Origin: Candidatus Latescibacterota bacterium
GTDB taxonomy: Bacteria; Latescibacterota; UBA2968; UBA8231
DNA: 64,000 nucleotides
Assembly (NCBI GenBank): GCA_965248265.1
Contig: CBDFJF010000001.1
Span: forward strand, 1,184,001-1,248,000
Reading direction: 5' to 3'
Positions 50,556-60,783 of the stretch are shown here, piece by piece. The position numbers and the translations under genes are program-made. Under the pieces are notes generated by a model. It ran no database searches, was not told the DNA's origin, and was given only the letters and a program-made list of their open reading frames with translations. Every line of letters begins with the position of its first letter. Positions within the stretch are counted from its first letter, which is position 1.

Positions 50556-50943
50556 GGGAAGACGGGCACCAAGGCCGAATCCACCGGGTTATGATCGCTC
50601 AGTCCGGCGACGACCAGCATGCGGAATAAGGCCTTCAAGCTCGAGAGTTTGCGGTTTATCGTCGCGCATTTGTAGCCACACTTGCAAGACGATTCCTGAA
50701 GGCGATCACATGATGAAAGGTCGTCTGTCTCGCCGCCTCGAGGCTGGGCAGCTCAACACCCAAGTGTGTGAAGAACTCATTGAGATCAGCTGCGTAGGCG
50801 CGGCGGGTGCGCTCTGAGAGCTGCCCAGCAAGAAACTGATCCAGTGGATTGTCGGCGACAACCGCGAGCGGCGATGATGATGTGGATCGTTCTTGAACCG
50901 TTAGGGCGGCCGTTTCCTGAACGACGCCAGCAGAACTTGGCAT
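50552..50943 (-). pseudogene. Tyrosine recombinase (XerC/D-like) N-terminal SAM-like domain remnant
   Basis: LDQFLAGQLSERTRRAYAADLNEFF...HVIAFRNRL [frameshift ~50680] GYKCATINRKLSSLKALFRMLV..G....NP. No catalytic domain follows. Confidence 0.8.
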
Positions 50944-50996
50944 TCTGCGATCGGGCTGAGCGAGGAACGGGAAACCTTGGTAGCGCGGGGAGCTAT

Positions 50997-51029
50997 AATA
51001 TACCACCATATTTGGAATATACCACCATA
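50997..51029 (-). repeat. 14-bp direct repeat upstream of the integrase remnant (reads TGGTATATT, extended -10-like, on the minus strand)
   Basis: aatataccaccata at 50997-51010 and 51016-51029. Confidence 0.7.
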
Positions 51030-51094
51030 GCGGTGATTCCGCACGGCTCTCTCTTGCTACACCGCACCCAAACTTACGATAACGATAACGCTAC

Positions 51095-51123
51095 TTGGGG
51101 GTATCCATTTAACCGGACTTGGA
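51095..51123. repeat. Copy 1 of a dispersed direct repeat (IS3-end-like)
   Basis: ttgggggtatccatttaa-ccggacttgga; 18 bp are identical to 53236-53253. Confidence 0.7.
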
Positions 51124-52111
51124 ATATCTTATGAAGCACGGATCACCCGCGTGCTGGGATACACTCGTACATGGCCTCCTTAGTCAAGAGCACGTAGATC
51201 CTCCCTGGGGCGGTGTGTTTTTCACAACTCCTTCGACGAACCAGGTCCACCGTGGCACTGACTTCGTTTCTCTCATCTTGGTTGCAGCACAGTGGCTGCA
51301 CCAAACACGTATCGAGGGTCTGAACGACTGCCGACATCAACCACGTCGGCGCACAAGAAACTTACCCGTTCCCTCAGACCGACCGCGTCACTTCGAGGGG
51401 GCTCAAGAGGACCTCCTGTCCCAGTAATCTTCCGGCTCGGTAGAGGGGCAGCTCGTACGTATGGACCTGTTATGGTTGCGGCGCGGAGCCGGCGGCCAAT
51501 CAATCGGTCTGGTAAGCCCCGAACATGTGCGCAGACACGCGATCATCGGGCTCGAAATCCCATAGGAATTACCCTCAACGCTACTTATTTATCCTCGTAT
51601 ACTCTTCTCGTGAGTTGGTCAAGCGGCGTTTGAGGTTTTTCGCGGGCGTTGAGGGCCGTGCTTGTGGGTTGATCGCGGTGCGGTGAAGGATGGGGCGTGG
51701 GTAGCGTCCTTGGATCAATGCCAGCGGGTGCAGCGGCGGCCGGCAGCCAGAGATGGGGGCGCAGCGGTGTCTGGCCGGTCGGTCTCAGGCGGCAAAGTCG
51801 AACTCGTCCTGGGGCTGGGGCCGTGCCGGTGCAATGGGCGGAGTCCGTGACGGCAGTCCGACGCCCGCCAGGTAGCGCTGGATTGAGCGGGGCTCGGTAA
51901 GGGCGGCAATGAGGACCACCGCCGCCACAATTGGGGCCTATTCTGTGTACCTCCAAGCCGGACACCACCTCGACATGCCTTGGTGGTCTGAGGCGCAGCC
52001 TCGACCTTCACTTGATTCCGGGATGCTGGAGCCCTCTCACAACGGTGCCGCTAAACGACGGGCGAACACTTTGCAACCTGCTTACATTGGAGCCACTCAC
52101 GGGACCTGGAG

Positions 52112-52882
52112 ATGACAGAAGAAACGACACCCGACCTGGTAGAGCATCGCCAGGCACAGGACGCGCACTACTCGCGTGAAGACTTTGCGGCTAAACCCTG
52201 GGGATACACAAAGGAGTACGTCGACCGGATCGGGGGGCCGCGATTCGAACTGGCTGCCCGAAACCTGATCCCCGGCTCGATTCTCGATGTGGGCGGTGGG
52301 TACGGGTACCTCCGACACTTCACCCAGGGACGCTGGCAGCTGAACCTCGACATCAGCGAAGTCCTCCTCGGCCACGATTCGGGTACGCCAAAGGCCGTAG
52401 GGGCGAGCGAACAGTTACCCGTTCGGGACGACACCTTCGACAACGTTGTCAACATCGGTGTCCTAGGGCACGTGGCCGACCCCGCGGCTTGTCTTCGCGA
52501 GGCGTTCCGTGTGCTGCGTCGGGGAGGCAGGTTGGTGGTCATGACGCCCCGGGCTGACTGGCTGAGACGGCTTGCCTTCAGCAGATGGTTCCCTTTGGTG
52601 CTCATGCTCCTGATCGAGTACCTGCCAAGGAAGGTCGGCCTCCACCGCTATCGCAACTTTGCCGACCAGGCGGCGGGTGGTAAGTCCCAGACCTTCGACC
52701 GCGTCTTTCTCTCCGGCGAGATTGAGGCGATGCTGCGCGGTTGCGGTTTCCACGTCGTCGAATGGGGGTATAAAGGCAAGGACCTGCCTGGCCGCTGGGT
52801 TCCCCCTGACTGGCTGGTGGAGCGCTTCTTCGACGAGAGCAAGTTCGGGCGCTTCGTCTACTTGATCTGTGACAAGGCCTGA
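52112..52882 (+). CDS. Class I SAM-dependent methyltransferase (Methyltransf_11-like)
   Basis: ILDVGGGYG, LDIS, LPVRDDTFD, LREAFRVLRRGG. A GGAG RBS-like motif abuts the ATG. Confidence 0.9.
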   Translation: MTEETTPDLVEHRQAQDAHYSREDFAAKPWGYTKEYVDRIGGPRFELAARNLIPGSILDVGGGYGYLRHFTQGRWQLNLDISEVLLGHDSGTPKAVGASEQLPVRDDTFDNVVNIGVLGHVADPAACLREAFRVLRRGGRLVVMTPRADWLRRLAFSRWFPLVLMLLIEYLPRKVGLHRYRNFADQAAGGKSQTFDRVFLSGEIEAMLRGCGFHVVEWGYKGKDLPGRWVPPDWLVERFFDESKFGRFVYLICDKA

Positions 52883-52990
52883 CAGCTGGTCCACCTGCTG
52901 ATCGAGTCACCGGCTCCAAGGGAGGAGCCTGATCAAGGGGAGGAACGCGAAAACGCCGATTGACCCAGCCCGCTGCGTAGCGCAGGCCTG

Positions 52991-53215
52991 CTTCAGCAGC
53001 AGCATCCTGTGAACCTCCAGCCTGTAGCTCGTACAGATACACCCCCGAGGAGACGAGTACACCCGTCGCGTGGCACCCGTCCCACACCGCCGTGTGCAAC
53101 CCTCGGCGCTGCACTTCGGACACGAGCCCCCCCGCACACGCTGGCCCGCGATGTCGTACGCCACCAGCGTCACAGGGACCGTGAACTTCAGCTCGTAGCG
53201 GATCGTGACGGGTAC
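52991..53215 (-). pseudogene. Frameshifted FlgD-Ig-like C-terminal sorting domain remnant
   Basis: Across frames: VTIRYEL..PVTLVAYDIAGQRV / LVSEVQRRGLHTAVWDG....GVLVSSGVYLYELQAG / RMLLLK. Confidence 0.75.
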
Positions 53216-53235
53216 GAAGAACGATAAGGGCCCGT

Positions 53236-53289
53236 TTGGGGGTATCCATTTAAGCGGAGTGGATACCAGTTAAGCGGAGTGGATACCAG
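53236..53289. repeat. Copy 2 of the dispersed repeat, with internal palindrome and a 20-bp tandem duplication
   Basis: ggtatcca-tttaagcggag-tggatacc hairpin; ttaagcggagtggataccag x2 at 53250 and 53270. Confidence 0.8.
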
Positions 53290-53636
53290 GTCTTGTGGTG
53301 GCGTATATTGCGCCGGTTCGCTCACAATTCAAAACCGATCTCCCTACTGTCCGCCGACGCCAGCGTGAAGCCATGAAGAAGCTGCTGGAAGCCGGGCCCA
53401 CACGGACCCCAATGAGGGCGGGCATGAATAGTCCCATTTTGAGTCCCTGTGAGAATTGCGGCAAGCACATTCTCCTGCATGACGGATGGTGACGACAGGA
53501 AAGTCGTTCTCGTCTATGCTCACGTGGGTGCTGACGGGAGGCCGAAAGATCCTCACGACCAAGTTACCGCACTCGATGCATACGTCTGCGAAAGAGGTCC
53601 GGTGATCCGATGCTCTACATCGATACACTGCCGTGA

Positions 53637-54419
53637 TTAAACTCCGCCCTCTTTGAGTGGCATAGAAACCCGCTGGTCGTGTTCGCGAACACCGCTGTGA
53701 TTCGCGCACAGTCGCTTGATCAGCTTGCGTTGGGTCTCGAGAAAACCCATCCTGTGTTCAACAAGCTCGTCGATCACGTCCCACCTTGTCTCTGGAGTAC
53801 GGCACCAGTACATCGGATGCGTTAACAGCTGCAACTTCGGCGGCAAATCATCCCCCTTAACCAAGCGTACAAACTCATCTCTCCAGGCCCCGCAGCTATC
53901 CGAATAGTACGCGATATCTTTTGTAAACCTGTCTTCATAAGCGCTTACGTAGGACCCGTTTACGAATGGATCTTCCCCGCCTAAAGAGGGATTGTGCATG
54001 GCGATGGAGACAACCTCATCACCTGTAAGCACCGAAAGAAGCTCTACTTGTGCCGACAAGAGCTGCGGAAAGAGGGTAGGCTCCGTGGCGCTCTTGAACG
54101 CCCGGACATCATAGTGGAGACCAACTTCATGCCCCATCGCCATGAGTCGCCGAGGAAAATCGGCGCTATTATCGCTAAGCAGGCAATAAAACGGAGAAGA
54201 AAACAGCAGGAAGTAAGTAGCGGAAACACCCAACCGGGCTTCAAACTCAGCCATTCGTAGGGCAGCCTCCAGCGAGTAGTCTACATCGTGTCGAAGGAGA
54301 ACAAAGGGCCCGTTGCTCTCCCCATCACGGAAATCTCTAAAGCACAGACTATCACGTGACTTCAACAGCGCTCGCAAGAGCGATTCATATGTTTCGTAAG
54401 TGAATTCGTTAATTTTCAT
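53637..54419 (-). CDS. Polysaccharide deacetylase-like (CE4/WbmS-related) protein
   Basis: LLRHDVD, GVSATYF, GHEVGLHYD, MHNP, YYSDS..W, QLLTHP.YW. Confidence 0.78.
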   Translation of the reverse strand: MKINEFTYETYESLLRALLKSRDSLCFRDFRDGESNGPFVLLRHDVDYSLEAALRMAEFEARLGVSATYFLLFSSPFYCLLSDNSADFPRRLMAMGHEVGLHYDVRAFKSATEPTLFPQLLSAQVELLSVLTGDEVVSIAMHNPSLGGEDPFVNGSYVSAYEDRFTKDIAYYSDSCGAWRDEFVRLVKGDDLPPKLQLLTHPMYWCRTPETRWDVIDELVEHRMGFLETQRKLIKRLCANHSGVREHDQRVSMPLKEGGV

Positions 54420-55164
54420 ATCGAATTCCCAAAACGTTCTTGGTCATTCGAAACGATTGGCTCTTCCTGAAGTGAGCCTCAAGCTGGGCCTGAACTCCCT
54501 GTTCCAGCTCGGCCACGTAGGAACCGTGATTCGTCCACCACGACATCACAGCCTCTGCAGTCGCGAAGTCGACACTATTGGCCAACCTGTCAACTTCGTG
54601 GTTCGAGTACTGTTGGCCGATCTCAGCTATCGTGCGTGCCGAGATGAAATCCCCAACCGGCTCAATATCCTGCGCTCCGATGCGATGTAGCAGCTCGGTG
54701 AACTCATCGTTCGTTCCTCTTCCGTTTCCGCACACGAAGACCTGCCCCCCGTCCTTCAACAGCTTGACTATCGATGAAATAAGCGCGGCCATATCTGCCG
54801 AGTAGTAAATCGCGTACGTCGAGAGGACAAGGTCGAAGTTCACTCCCTCGAACTTCGACACAACATCATCGAGGTCACACTGTTCCGCCCGCACATTTTC
54901 AATACCCTTACCCTCCGCTTGCTTCATGACTTCGCACACGGCGGCTTCCGAAACATCTATGCCGACGAGTTGGCTCTGAGGGGCGACGAGTTCTTTCAGT
55001 GCAAATAGCTGCTTGCCTGTTCCGCACCCGAGATCCAAAACGTTAGCGACGGAATCGATTTTTACATGCCGAAATATCCACTCTTCCAGATTGTGTTCAG
55101 CCTCGCGGTTGGCGGCAATTCTCTGAATAAGTGCATCCGTATTTGACTCACAGCTGCCTTCCAC
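54409..55164 (-). CDS. Class I SAM-dependent methyltransferase
   Basis: VLDLGCGTG, GIDVS, FDLV, LLKDGG. Confidence 0.88.
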   Translation of the reverse strand: MEGSCESNTDALIQRIAANREAEHNLEEWIFRHVKIDSVANVLDLGCGTGKQLFALKELVAPQSQLVGIDVSEAAVCEVMKQAEGKGIENVRAEQCDLDDVVSKFEGVNFDLVLSTYAIYYSADMAALISSIVKLLKDGGQVFVCGNGRGTNDEFTELLHRIGAQDIEPVGDFISARTIAEIGQQYSNHEVDRLANSVDFATAEAVMSWWTNHGSYVAELEQGVQAQLEAHFRKSQSFRMTKNVLGIRYEN

Positions 55165-55479
55165 TTGCCTGATCTCCTCCCGAGATTCCGCTTGAGAAAC
55201 ATCCTTTGGATTTGGCGACAGAGCAGAACTCCTGTGTCACGCCTCTCGTTTGAGTCACAATATAAACTCGTATCGGTGGTCTCCAGTCAAGGTCTCGGCA
55301 TAGTCTGCTTGACCGTTTCCCCATCAAAGGGCACCTTTCGGAAGGGCAAGTGGCTGCAGATTCCGGGTAGGATAGCGGGCAGCTCAGTCCTTCTTCAGGA
55401 TCAGGTATGCACTCCTTCAAATATACCACCTTCGAAAAAACAAGGATGGGGCGAATTCGGCCATCATGCGGAGCGGCAA

Positions 55480-56025
55480 ATGCAGCTATTCGTAAAACAG
55501 AACTTCGCGGACGTCGTACGAGGTCTTATCGCAGGGTTGTGCCCTTCTGATGGCACCTCTCTCGATGTCGGCTGCGGTGCTGGTTTGTACCATGACGCCT
55601 ATCGCAATACCGTTGTGGGTGTGGACAAAAATGTTTCGTCAACTGTGAGCGGCGCGATTCGTGGAGTAGTCGAGCACCTGCCGCTAAGGCCAAATGCCGT
55701 AAACTTTGTAACTTCGTTTCAGACAATCTATTACGTGCGGAACCTGACACTCGCGCTGGGAGAAATGCACCGAGTCACCGGCCAGGGTGCTACTCTCCTC
55801 ATCAGCGTCAGCAAGCCACGAGCAATTGGGGCCGAGGATCCCTCTTATTGTTACCAACAGCACGGGGCCGCAGCCTGGATGCGGCTTTTCAGCGAAAGTG
55901 GATTCCAGCCTGAAAGACTTATGCCGCAGTGTGAATTTCGACTGCTTTTCGCAACGTTGCGGACGAAATACTTCTACTCCTTCCTCTCTCCATATTTTTG
56001 GTTTCTCTTGAGAAAAGCGCAGTAA
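55480..56025 (+). CDS. Class I SAM-dependent methyltransferase (short)
   Basis: LDVGCGAG, VGVD, EHLPLR, EMHRV. ATG at 55480 is preferred. Confidence 0.8.
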   Translation: MQLFVKQNFADVVRGLIAGLCPSDGTSLDVGCGAGLYHDAYRNTVVGVDKNVSSTVSGAIRGVVEHLPLRPNAVNFVTSFQTIYYVRNLTLALGEMHRVTGQGATLLISVSKPRAIGAEDPSYCYQQHGAAAWMRLFSESGFQPERLMPQCEFRLLFATLRTKYFYSFLSPYFWFLLRKAQ

Positions 56026-56046
56026 CCTGGACGTAGGAGACGCCAC

Positions 56047-56940
56047 TTGGCCGATGCCCCCCAGCTACCGGGTTTTGTGTTTGCGGGATTCCCGCGGACG
56101 GGTTCGCAATTCATACAGAAGTGCCTTCAAACACATCCGGAAATCGACTACCGCGCCAAACCCCGTTTCTTCAACGTAGACAAGAGCTATTTTCGCGGGC
56201 CTGACTACTACCGGTCTTTGCTCGCATACGGCGCCACGGACAAGCTCCTTGGCGAGGGAGATGAGCACTACCTCAGCAAAGAGGCGAGATTCGCCGACCC
56301 TTTGGTCATCACCGAGCGCATACACGACCTTGTGCCGGAGGCCAAGATCCTGATCTGCATAAGGAGTCAAGTCGACTTCTTGCTATCGGGCTTTCGCCTT
56401 TGGAAGAGGTCAGGTCTTACGGCGTCGTTTTCGTGTTTCATGCAAGGATGGCCGGAGCAAGGGGTTGCCTTTGCTGAAATCGCCGATTTCTATCCGTACG
56501 TCGCAAAGTACGTTTCGCTTTTCGGCGAAGAAAACGTAAAGGTGCTGCTCCATGAGGATCTGGTTGACGATCAGGGTGCGTTCCTGACCAGCATCTTCAC
56601 GTTCTTGGGGGTTTCAGCCGACTGCGTGTCACAGGTTCTCGCGCAAGTCACGTATCGCGACGTGAACCCGGCCCCATCACGAACACTGAGCCGCGTGCTG
56701 GACCTGACGAATACGGTTCGGATGAAGAACCCAGGGTTGTTCAGGTGGATTTTCCCCGTGAGACTGTACAAGGTCTTGACCGCAATTGAATACAGGTTGC
56801 TGGGCTCTTCGGCACACGATTTCCGGTCTGTTCTCTCGGCGGAAGAGATTGAGATGATTCGACAGCGGTACGCCCCCGGTAACATCGAACTGTCACAGCT
56901 GCTCGGCTCGGACCTCAAGACCAAGGGTTATCCCGTCTAA
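56047..56940 (+). CDS. PAPS-dependent sulfotransferase
   Basis: 5'PSB-like GFPRTGSQ, THPEI, 3'PB-like KILICIRSQVDFLLS, LLHEDL, FLGV. Confidence 0.88.
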   Translation: MADAPQLPGFVFAGFPRTGSQFIQKCLQTHPEIDYRAKPRFFNVDKSYFRGPDYYRSLLAYGATDKLLGEGDEHYLSKEARFADPLVITERIHDLVPEAKILICIRSQVDFLLSGFRLWKRSGLTASFSCFMQGWPEQGVAFAEIADFYPYVAKYVSLFGEENVKVLLHEDLVDDQGAFLTSIFTFLGVSADCVSQVLAQVTYRDVNPAPSRTLSRVLDLTNTVRMKNPGLFRWIFPVRLYKVLTAIEYRLLGSSAHDFRSVLSAEEIEMIRQRYAPGNIELSQLLGSDLKTKGYPV

Positions 56941-56946
56941 TCCTGC

Positions 56947-58413
56947 ATGCGTAACTACTACGGCTCCAAAGTAGCGCTCCTTTTCGGTGTGAATCTGGGC
57001 TTCTATCTACAAAACTTGCTGTTCCTGCCCCTGTTCTCTCGGGCCCTAGGGCTCGAGATGTACGGCGTATGGGCCCAGATCTCGGCCGCCCTGAGTTTGC
57101 TGGCGCCGATTGTACTGAGTCTGCATGGAGCTTTTACGAGGTTTTCTGCCGGCGAGGATGATCGTGGGCAGGTGGCTAGAAATTACTACTCGATTCTGCT
57201 GTTCACCGTCGTCGGTGGTCTTGTTCTCGCCTTGTTGCTGTATTGCTCATCTGGTCATCTGGCCAGGCACTTCATCAGGACTGAACGGGGGGCCGTCGGG
57301 CTGATCGAGGTCTCCTGCCTTTTGCTGTTGGCTCAGGTTCTGAGTCGTTACTGTCTGACGTATTTCGCGACCTTCCAACGCACCCGACTGTATTCCCTCT
57401 TTCGGCTTTTGCTGCCATCCGTGACAATTTGCTCGGCGGTTGCAACGCTCGTCCTGGGCTTTGGATTAGCGGAGGTTATCGTCGTCTTTGCAGTCGTACA
57501 CCTGCTCATTTTCGGGGCAGGCCAGTATTTGATTACCAGAGAATTGGGATTCCAGCCCCCGGATCTCGGGCTATTGAGGCCCATCTTGCTTTTTAGTCTA
57601 CCGCTGGTACCCGTTGCAATGATGATCTGGGTAACCGGTCTGTGTGATCGCTACCTGATAGGGTACTTCCTGCCAGTTCTGGAGGTGGGCAAGTACTCAG
57701 CAGCCTATACGGTAGGAATGATCGTCATGTTCTTCTATGCCCCGTTCAGGGCTTTCCTGTTTCCGAGAGGAACAGAACTCTGGGAACGTGGCGACGAATT
57801 CACGTTGAAGAAATTGCTCAATTATTCGAACAAGTTTCCACTGTTGTTGAGCATCCCGGCGGTTTTCGGGTCAATGTCTCTGTACGAGCCTATACTCCGA
57901 ATAATGACCGGGAAACAGTACGAGGTCTCTGTGTTCCTGATACCCATCATCGCCATGGGCTACATTTTCCACTACGTGGGAACGGCCTATTCTGTGGTTT
58001 TCCAGTTCGAGAAGAAGACGATATACCAGGCCTACAGCTACGGCATTGGCGCGATTGCGAATGTCGCGGGCAACATCTTGTTGTTGCCATTGTTAGGCAT
58101 TATTGGTGCCGGCGTCGCCACCATGGTGACGTTCCTGCTCATGATGATTTACTTCATCCACAAATCTCGGAAGTTTTACGACATTGAGTTGGAGTGGAAC
58201 TTCGTTTGGAAGGCAGTTGTTGCAGCGTGTGCCATGTTCGGCGTGTTGCACCTCCTGGAACCGATACTAATAAAACTCGGTGATGTGCTGCACGTGCTTG
58301 GCGCTTCATCAGTCGGTTCGGGGGTGTATTTTCTGGGGATCTGGGCATTGGGAGTTATCAACAAAGAGGAAATTGCCTACGTGAAGAGGCTTCTCGAAAG
58401 CGCCCTGAGATAG
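56947..58413 (+). CDS. wzx: Wzx/MOP-family oligosaccharide flippase
   Basis: About 14 TM segments, LPLFSRALG.EMYG, DRYLIGYF, VGKYSAAY, LLPLLGIIGAGVAT. Confidence 0.88.
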   Translation: MRNYYGSKVALLFGVNLGFYLQNLLFLPLFSRALGLEMYGVWAQISAALSLLAPIVLSLHGAFTRFSAGEDDRGQVARNYYSILLFTVVGGLVLALLLYCSSGHLARHFIRTERGAVGLIEVSCLLLLAQVLSRYCLTYFATFQRTRLYSLFRLLLPSVTICSAVATLVLGFGLAEVIVVFAVVHLLIFGAGQYLITRELGFQPPDLGLLRPILLFSLPLVPVAMMIWVTGLCDRYLIGYFLPVLEVGKYSAAYTVGMIVMFFYAPFRAFLFPRGTELWERGDEFTLKKLLNYSNKFPLLLSIPAVFGSMSLYEPILRIMTGKQYEVSVFLIPIIAMGYIFHYVGTAYSVVFQFEKKTIYQAYSYGIGAIANVAGNILLLPLLGIIGAGVATMVTFLLMMIYFIHKSRKFYDIELEWNFVWKAVVAACAMFGVLHLLEPILIKLGDVLHVLGASSVGSGVYFLGIWALGVINKEEIAYVKRLLESALR

Positions 58414-58539
58414 AGAGCCCGCGCTGGATTATCGTCCCTCTCGCCCTTCCTCTCCCTCATGAATTTCGATTCTCACGCAAACTCCCTTTGGCTCCCACCT
58501 TGCGGTTAGGCGCTTCGACGACGATTCGGTCGATATCGG

Positions 58540-59451
58540 TTATTCGCTTCCAGACGCCAGCAAGGCCTTTCGCACCACCGCTCGGGTGGTGGTCGGAAAC
58601 TCTCCGGGTTCGCAACACTGACAGATCTGGACGTCGACCGCCCCGCTCATGAGCATGTAAGCATGCTCAAAGCTGAGGCCGCCCTTCTCCTGCATCAGTA
58701 TCACCATTTCTTCGGCCGCCATGCGCGCCGCCTGGGCCAGATCCTCGTGCTCGCCCGTCGTGATCCACAACTCCGGTGTTTCGATCAGCGGCCGACGAAT
58801 GCCAGCGCCCTTCATCAGGTGGATTCGCACAGTCACTTCCGCGCAAATCTCCAGTCCGATGTAGGTGATCTCACCGTCTCCCATGGCCCCGTGCACATCG
58901 CCGAGACCGAGCAGTGCGCCATCTACGTACACGGGCAGGTAGACCTTGTTTCCCGTCGTGATGTATCGATTGTCCATGTTGCCGCCGGCGGGCGATGGCA
59001 TCCCTGTCGCTATGCCCTCACCGGCCGGCGCCGTGGAAATGACCCCGACCATCGGGTTCACCGGGAACTGGATGCGCTTGTCGAAGTGCACCTGGCCATC
59101 ACGTATCTGCACGATTCGGGTAGCCGGCTTGGTCGCCATGTGTCCGAGCAGGCCCATGCCAGTCTTGACCCCAAGGAAGCCCTGCGGCGCGAGTTCAATC
59201 CCCAGAATCTCGACGCACAGACCATCCCCGGGCTCGGCTCCCTTTATCCGAATCGGTCCGGTGGCCGGATTGGCGCCGTCGGGATGCGGTTGGTCGAGCA
59301 GATCCTGTTCTCGCAGAATGGTGCCGGTGCGAGCGTCATAGGTCTCGATCTCGACGACATCACCTGAGTCGATCTCCAGTGCTGGGGGATGGCTCTGATC
59401 GAAACTGTAGACGATGTGATCACGACTGAGATGGTGTATGCTGCCGGCCAT
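58540..59451 (-). CDS. Acetamidase/formamidase family protein
   Basis: NPATGPI.I.GAEPGD, PMVGVI, GGNMD, YLPV.VDGALLGLGDVHGAMGDGE. Confidence 0.93.
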   Translation of the reverse strand: MAGSIHHLSRDHIVYSFDQSHPPALEIDSGDVVEIETYDARTGTILREQDLLDQPHPDGANPATGPIRIKGAEPGDGLCVEILGIELAPQGFLGVKTGMGLLGHMATKPATRIVQIRDGQVHFDKRIQFPVNPMVGVISTAPAGEGIATGMPSPAGGNMDNRYITTGNKVYLPVYVDGALLGLGDVHGAMGDGEITYIGLEICAEVTVRIHLMKGAGIRRPLIETPELWITTGEHEDLAQAARMAAEEMVILMQEKGGLSFEHAYMLMSGAVDVQICQCCEPGEFPTTTRAVVRKALLASGSE

Positions 59452-59465
59452 TGCCTGTTCGCTTT

Positions 59466-60500
59466 CTATGTTTCAGGGTTGGTGGAGGTACCCGAGCACA
59501 AAGCCTGGAGCTCGGCGCCATAGGCAAACAACGCAGGGGCACCTCCGGTATGAACGAAAATCAGGATGTCCTCGGGGCCCCAATCACCCCGACGAACATG
59601 ATCCAGCAGTCCCGCGAATGCCTTACCGGAATAGACGGGGTCCAGAAGAAGGCCTTCCGTGCGGGCGACCAGAGATATCGCCTCGATCCCTTCCCGAGTG
59701 GCCACGCCGTAGGCAGGCCCCGCGAACTCGCCGTGACTCTCCAAGTCCGCGGCGCTGAACTCGAGATCGAGGTCCAACATGCCGCAGATACTGTTGGCCG
59801 TTTGAGCAAGCGCAGCATCCTTTTCGTCGTTGTCGTGTGGGCTGGGGCTGATGCCTACCGTGCGCACCTCCATACCGAGCGCCCGGGACCCGACGGCCAA
59901 ACCGACATGGGTGTGACTGCCCGAGCACACGTATATCCCCGTCGGATTGATCTCCCGGTCCTGCATCTGCTCATAGAGTTCCAGGAAGCCATCGACGTAG
60001 GACACGCCGCGCAACATAAAGCCGTCAGAGCTGGTGTCGTAGACCTTGACGCCCTTTGCCTTGAATTGCGCAATGATGGCCTGCTGTTGCTCGATGGATT
60101 CGGCCAGATGGACTTCAGCTCCGAGCAGATGGGTAACCAGCAGATTGCCGTTGATGGGGGCAACATGTTCGTCACGACGACCCACGATGACGGCTCTCTT
60201 CTGCAGTCTTGCGGCCAAGGCCGCCGTCAGCCTGGATTGATTGGATTGCGAGGCCGCACCGTGCAGGAGAACATCGTAGCCCTCATCGACGGCGGGCGCG
60301 CAGGAATACTCGAACTCGCGCACCTTGTTGCCGCCGAAAGCCAGTCCGGTAAGGTCCTCCCGCTTGATGAGTATTCTGGGGCCACCGATGGCGGCGGATA
60401 GGCGTGGACACTCATCCAGGGGCGTCGGGAAGTGACCGAGCTCGAGTTTGGAGAAACGGCCCAGCCTCTCCCGCAGTTCCTTTGGGGTGTATCCTTTCAC
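59466..60500 (-). CDS. D-cysteine desulfhydrase/ACC deaminase family PLP enzyme (desulfhydrase-type residues)
   Basis: PTPL, IKREDLTG...GGNKVR, QSNQ, LDPVYSGK, HTGG. S/T occupy the positions where ACC deaminase has E/L. Confidence 0.88.
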   Translation of the reverse strand: MKGYTPKELRERLGRFSKLELGHFPTPLDECPRLSAAIGGPRILIKREDLTGLAFGGNKVREFEYSCAPAVDEGYDVLLHGAASQSNQSRLTAALAARLQKRAVIVGRRDEHVAPINGNLLVTHLLGAEVHLAESIEQQQAIIAQFKAKGVKVYDTSSDGFMLRGVSYVDGFLELYEQMQDREINPTGIYVCSGSHTHVGLAVGSRALGMEVRTVGISPSPHDNDEKDAALAQTANSICGMLDLDLEFSAADLESHGEFAGPAYGVATREGIEAISLVARTEGLLLDPVYSGKAFAGLLDHVRRGDWGPEDILIFVHTGGAPALFAYGAELQALCSGTSTNPET

Positions 60501-60783
60501 GTGTATCCTCGCGGGTCCCGAAACCTGTTCGCCATCACGGCGGCATAGCTACCAGGCACATGAACCATGTCGGCTTGGTGTGATAACGTCAGGCAATGGT
60601 AGAGCATGATCGCCCGAGCAAGCAAGAGAGGGAAACTCCGTGCCATTTCACTGGAGCCCGCCGTGGATCCGCTCGTGGCGTGGACGGTGCAGCTGGCGTC
60701 ATTGCGTTCTCAGCGAGGTTCTTGTTACCCTAGCTGGCTCACCTGGTACTTGCTATTCCCGCCTAGTCGCCAGAGGACATTTC

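Noticed and set aside
51130-52100. About 1 kb with short ORFs and GC-rich tracts, possibly ncRNA or transposase debris
   Set aside because: No motif, convincing structure or coding signature was recognisable by eye. It needs blastx and Infernal.
53300-53636. Possible degraded GNAT gene downstream of the deacetylase
   Set aside because: Only vague similarity across frameshifts.
59466-60500. ACC deaminase (acdS)
   Set aside because: It has DPVYSGK/HTGG rather than the diagnostic DPVYEGK/HLGG.
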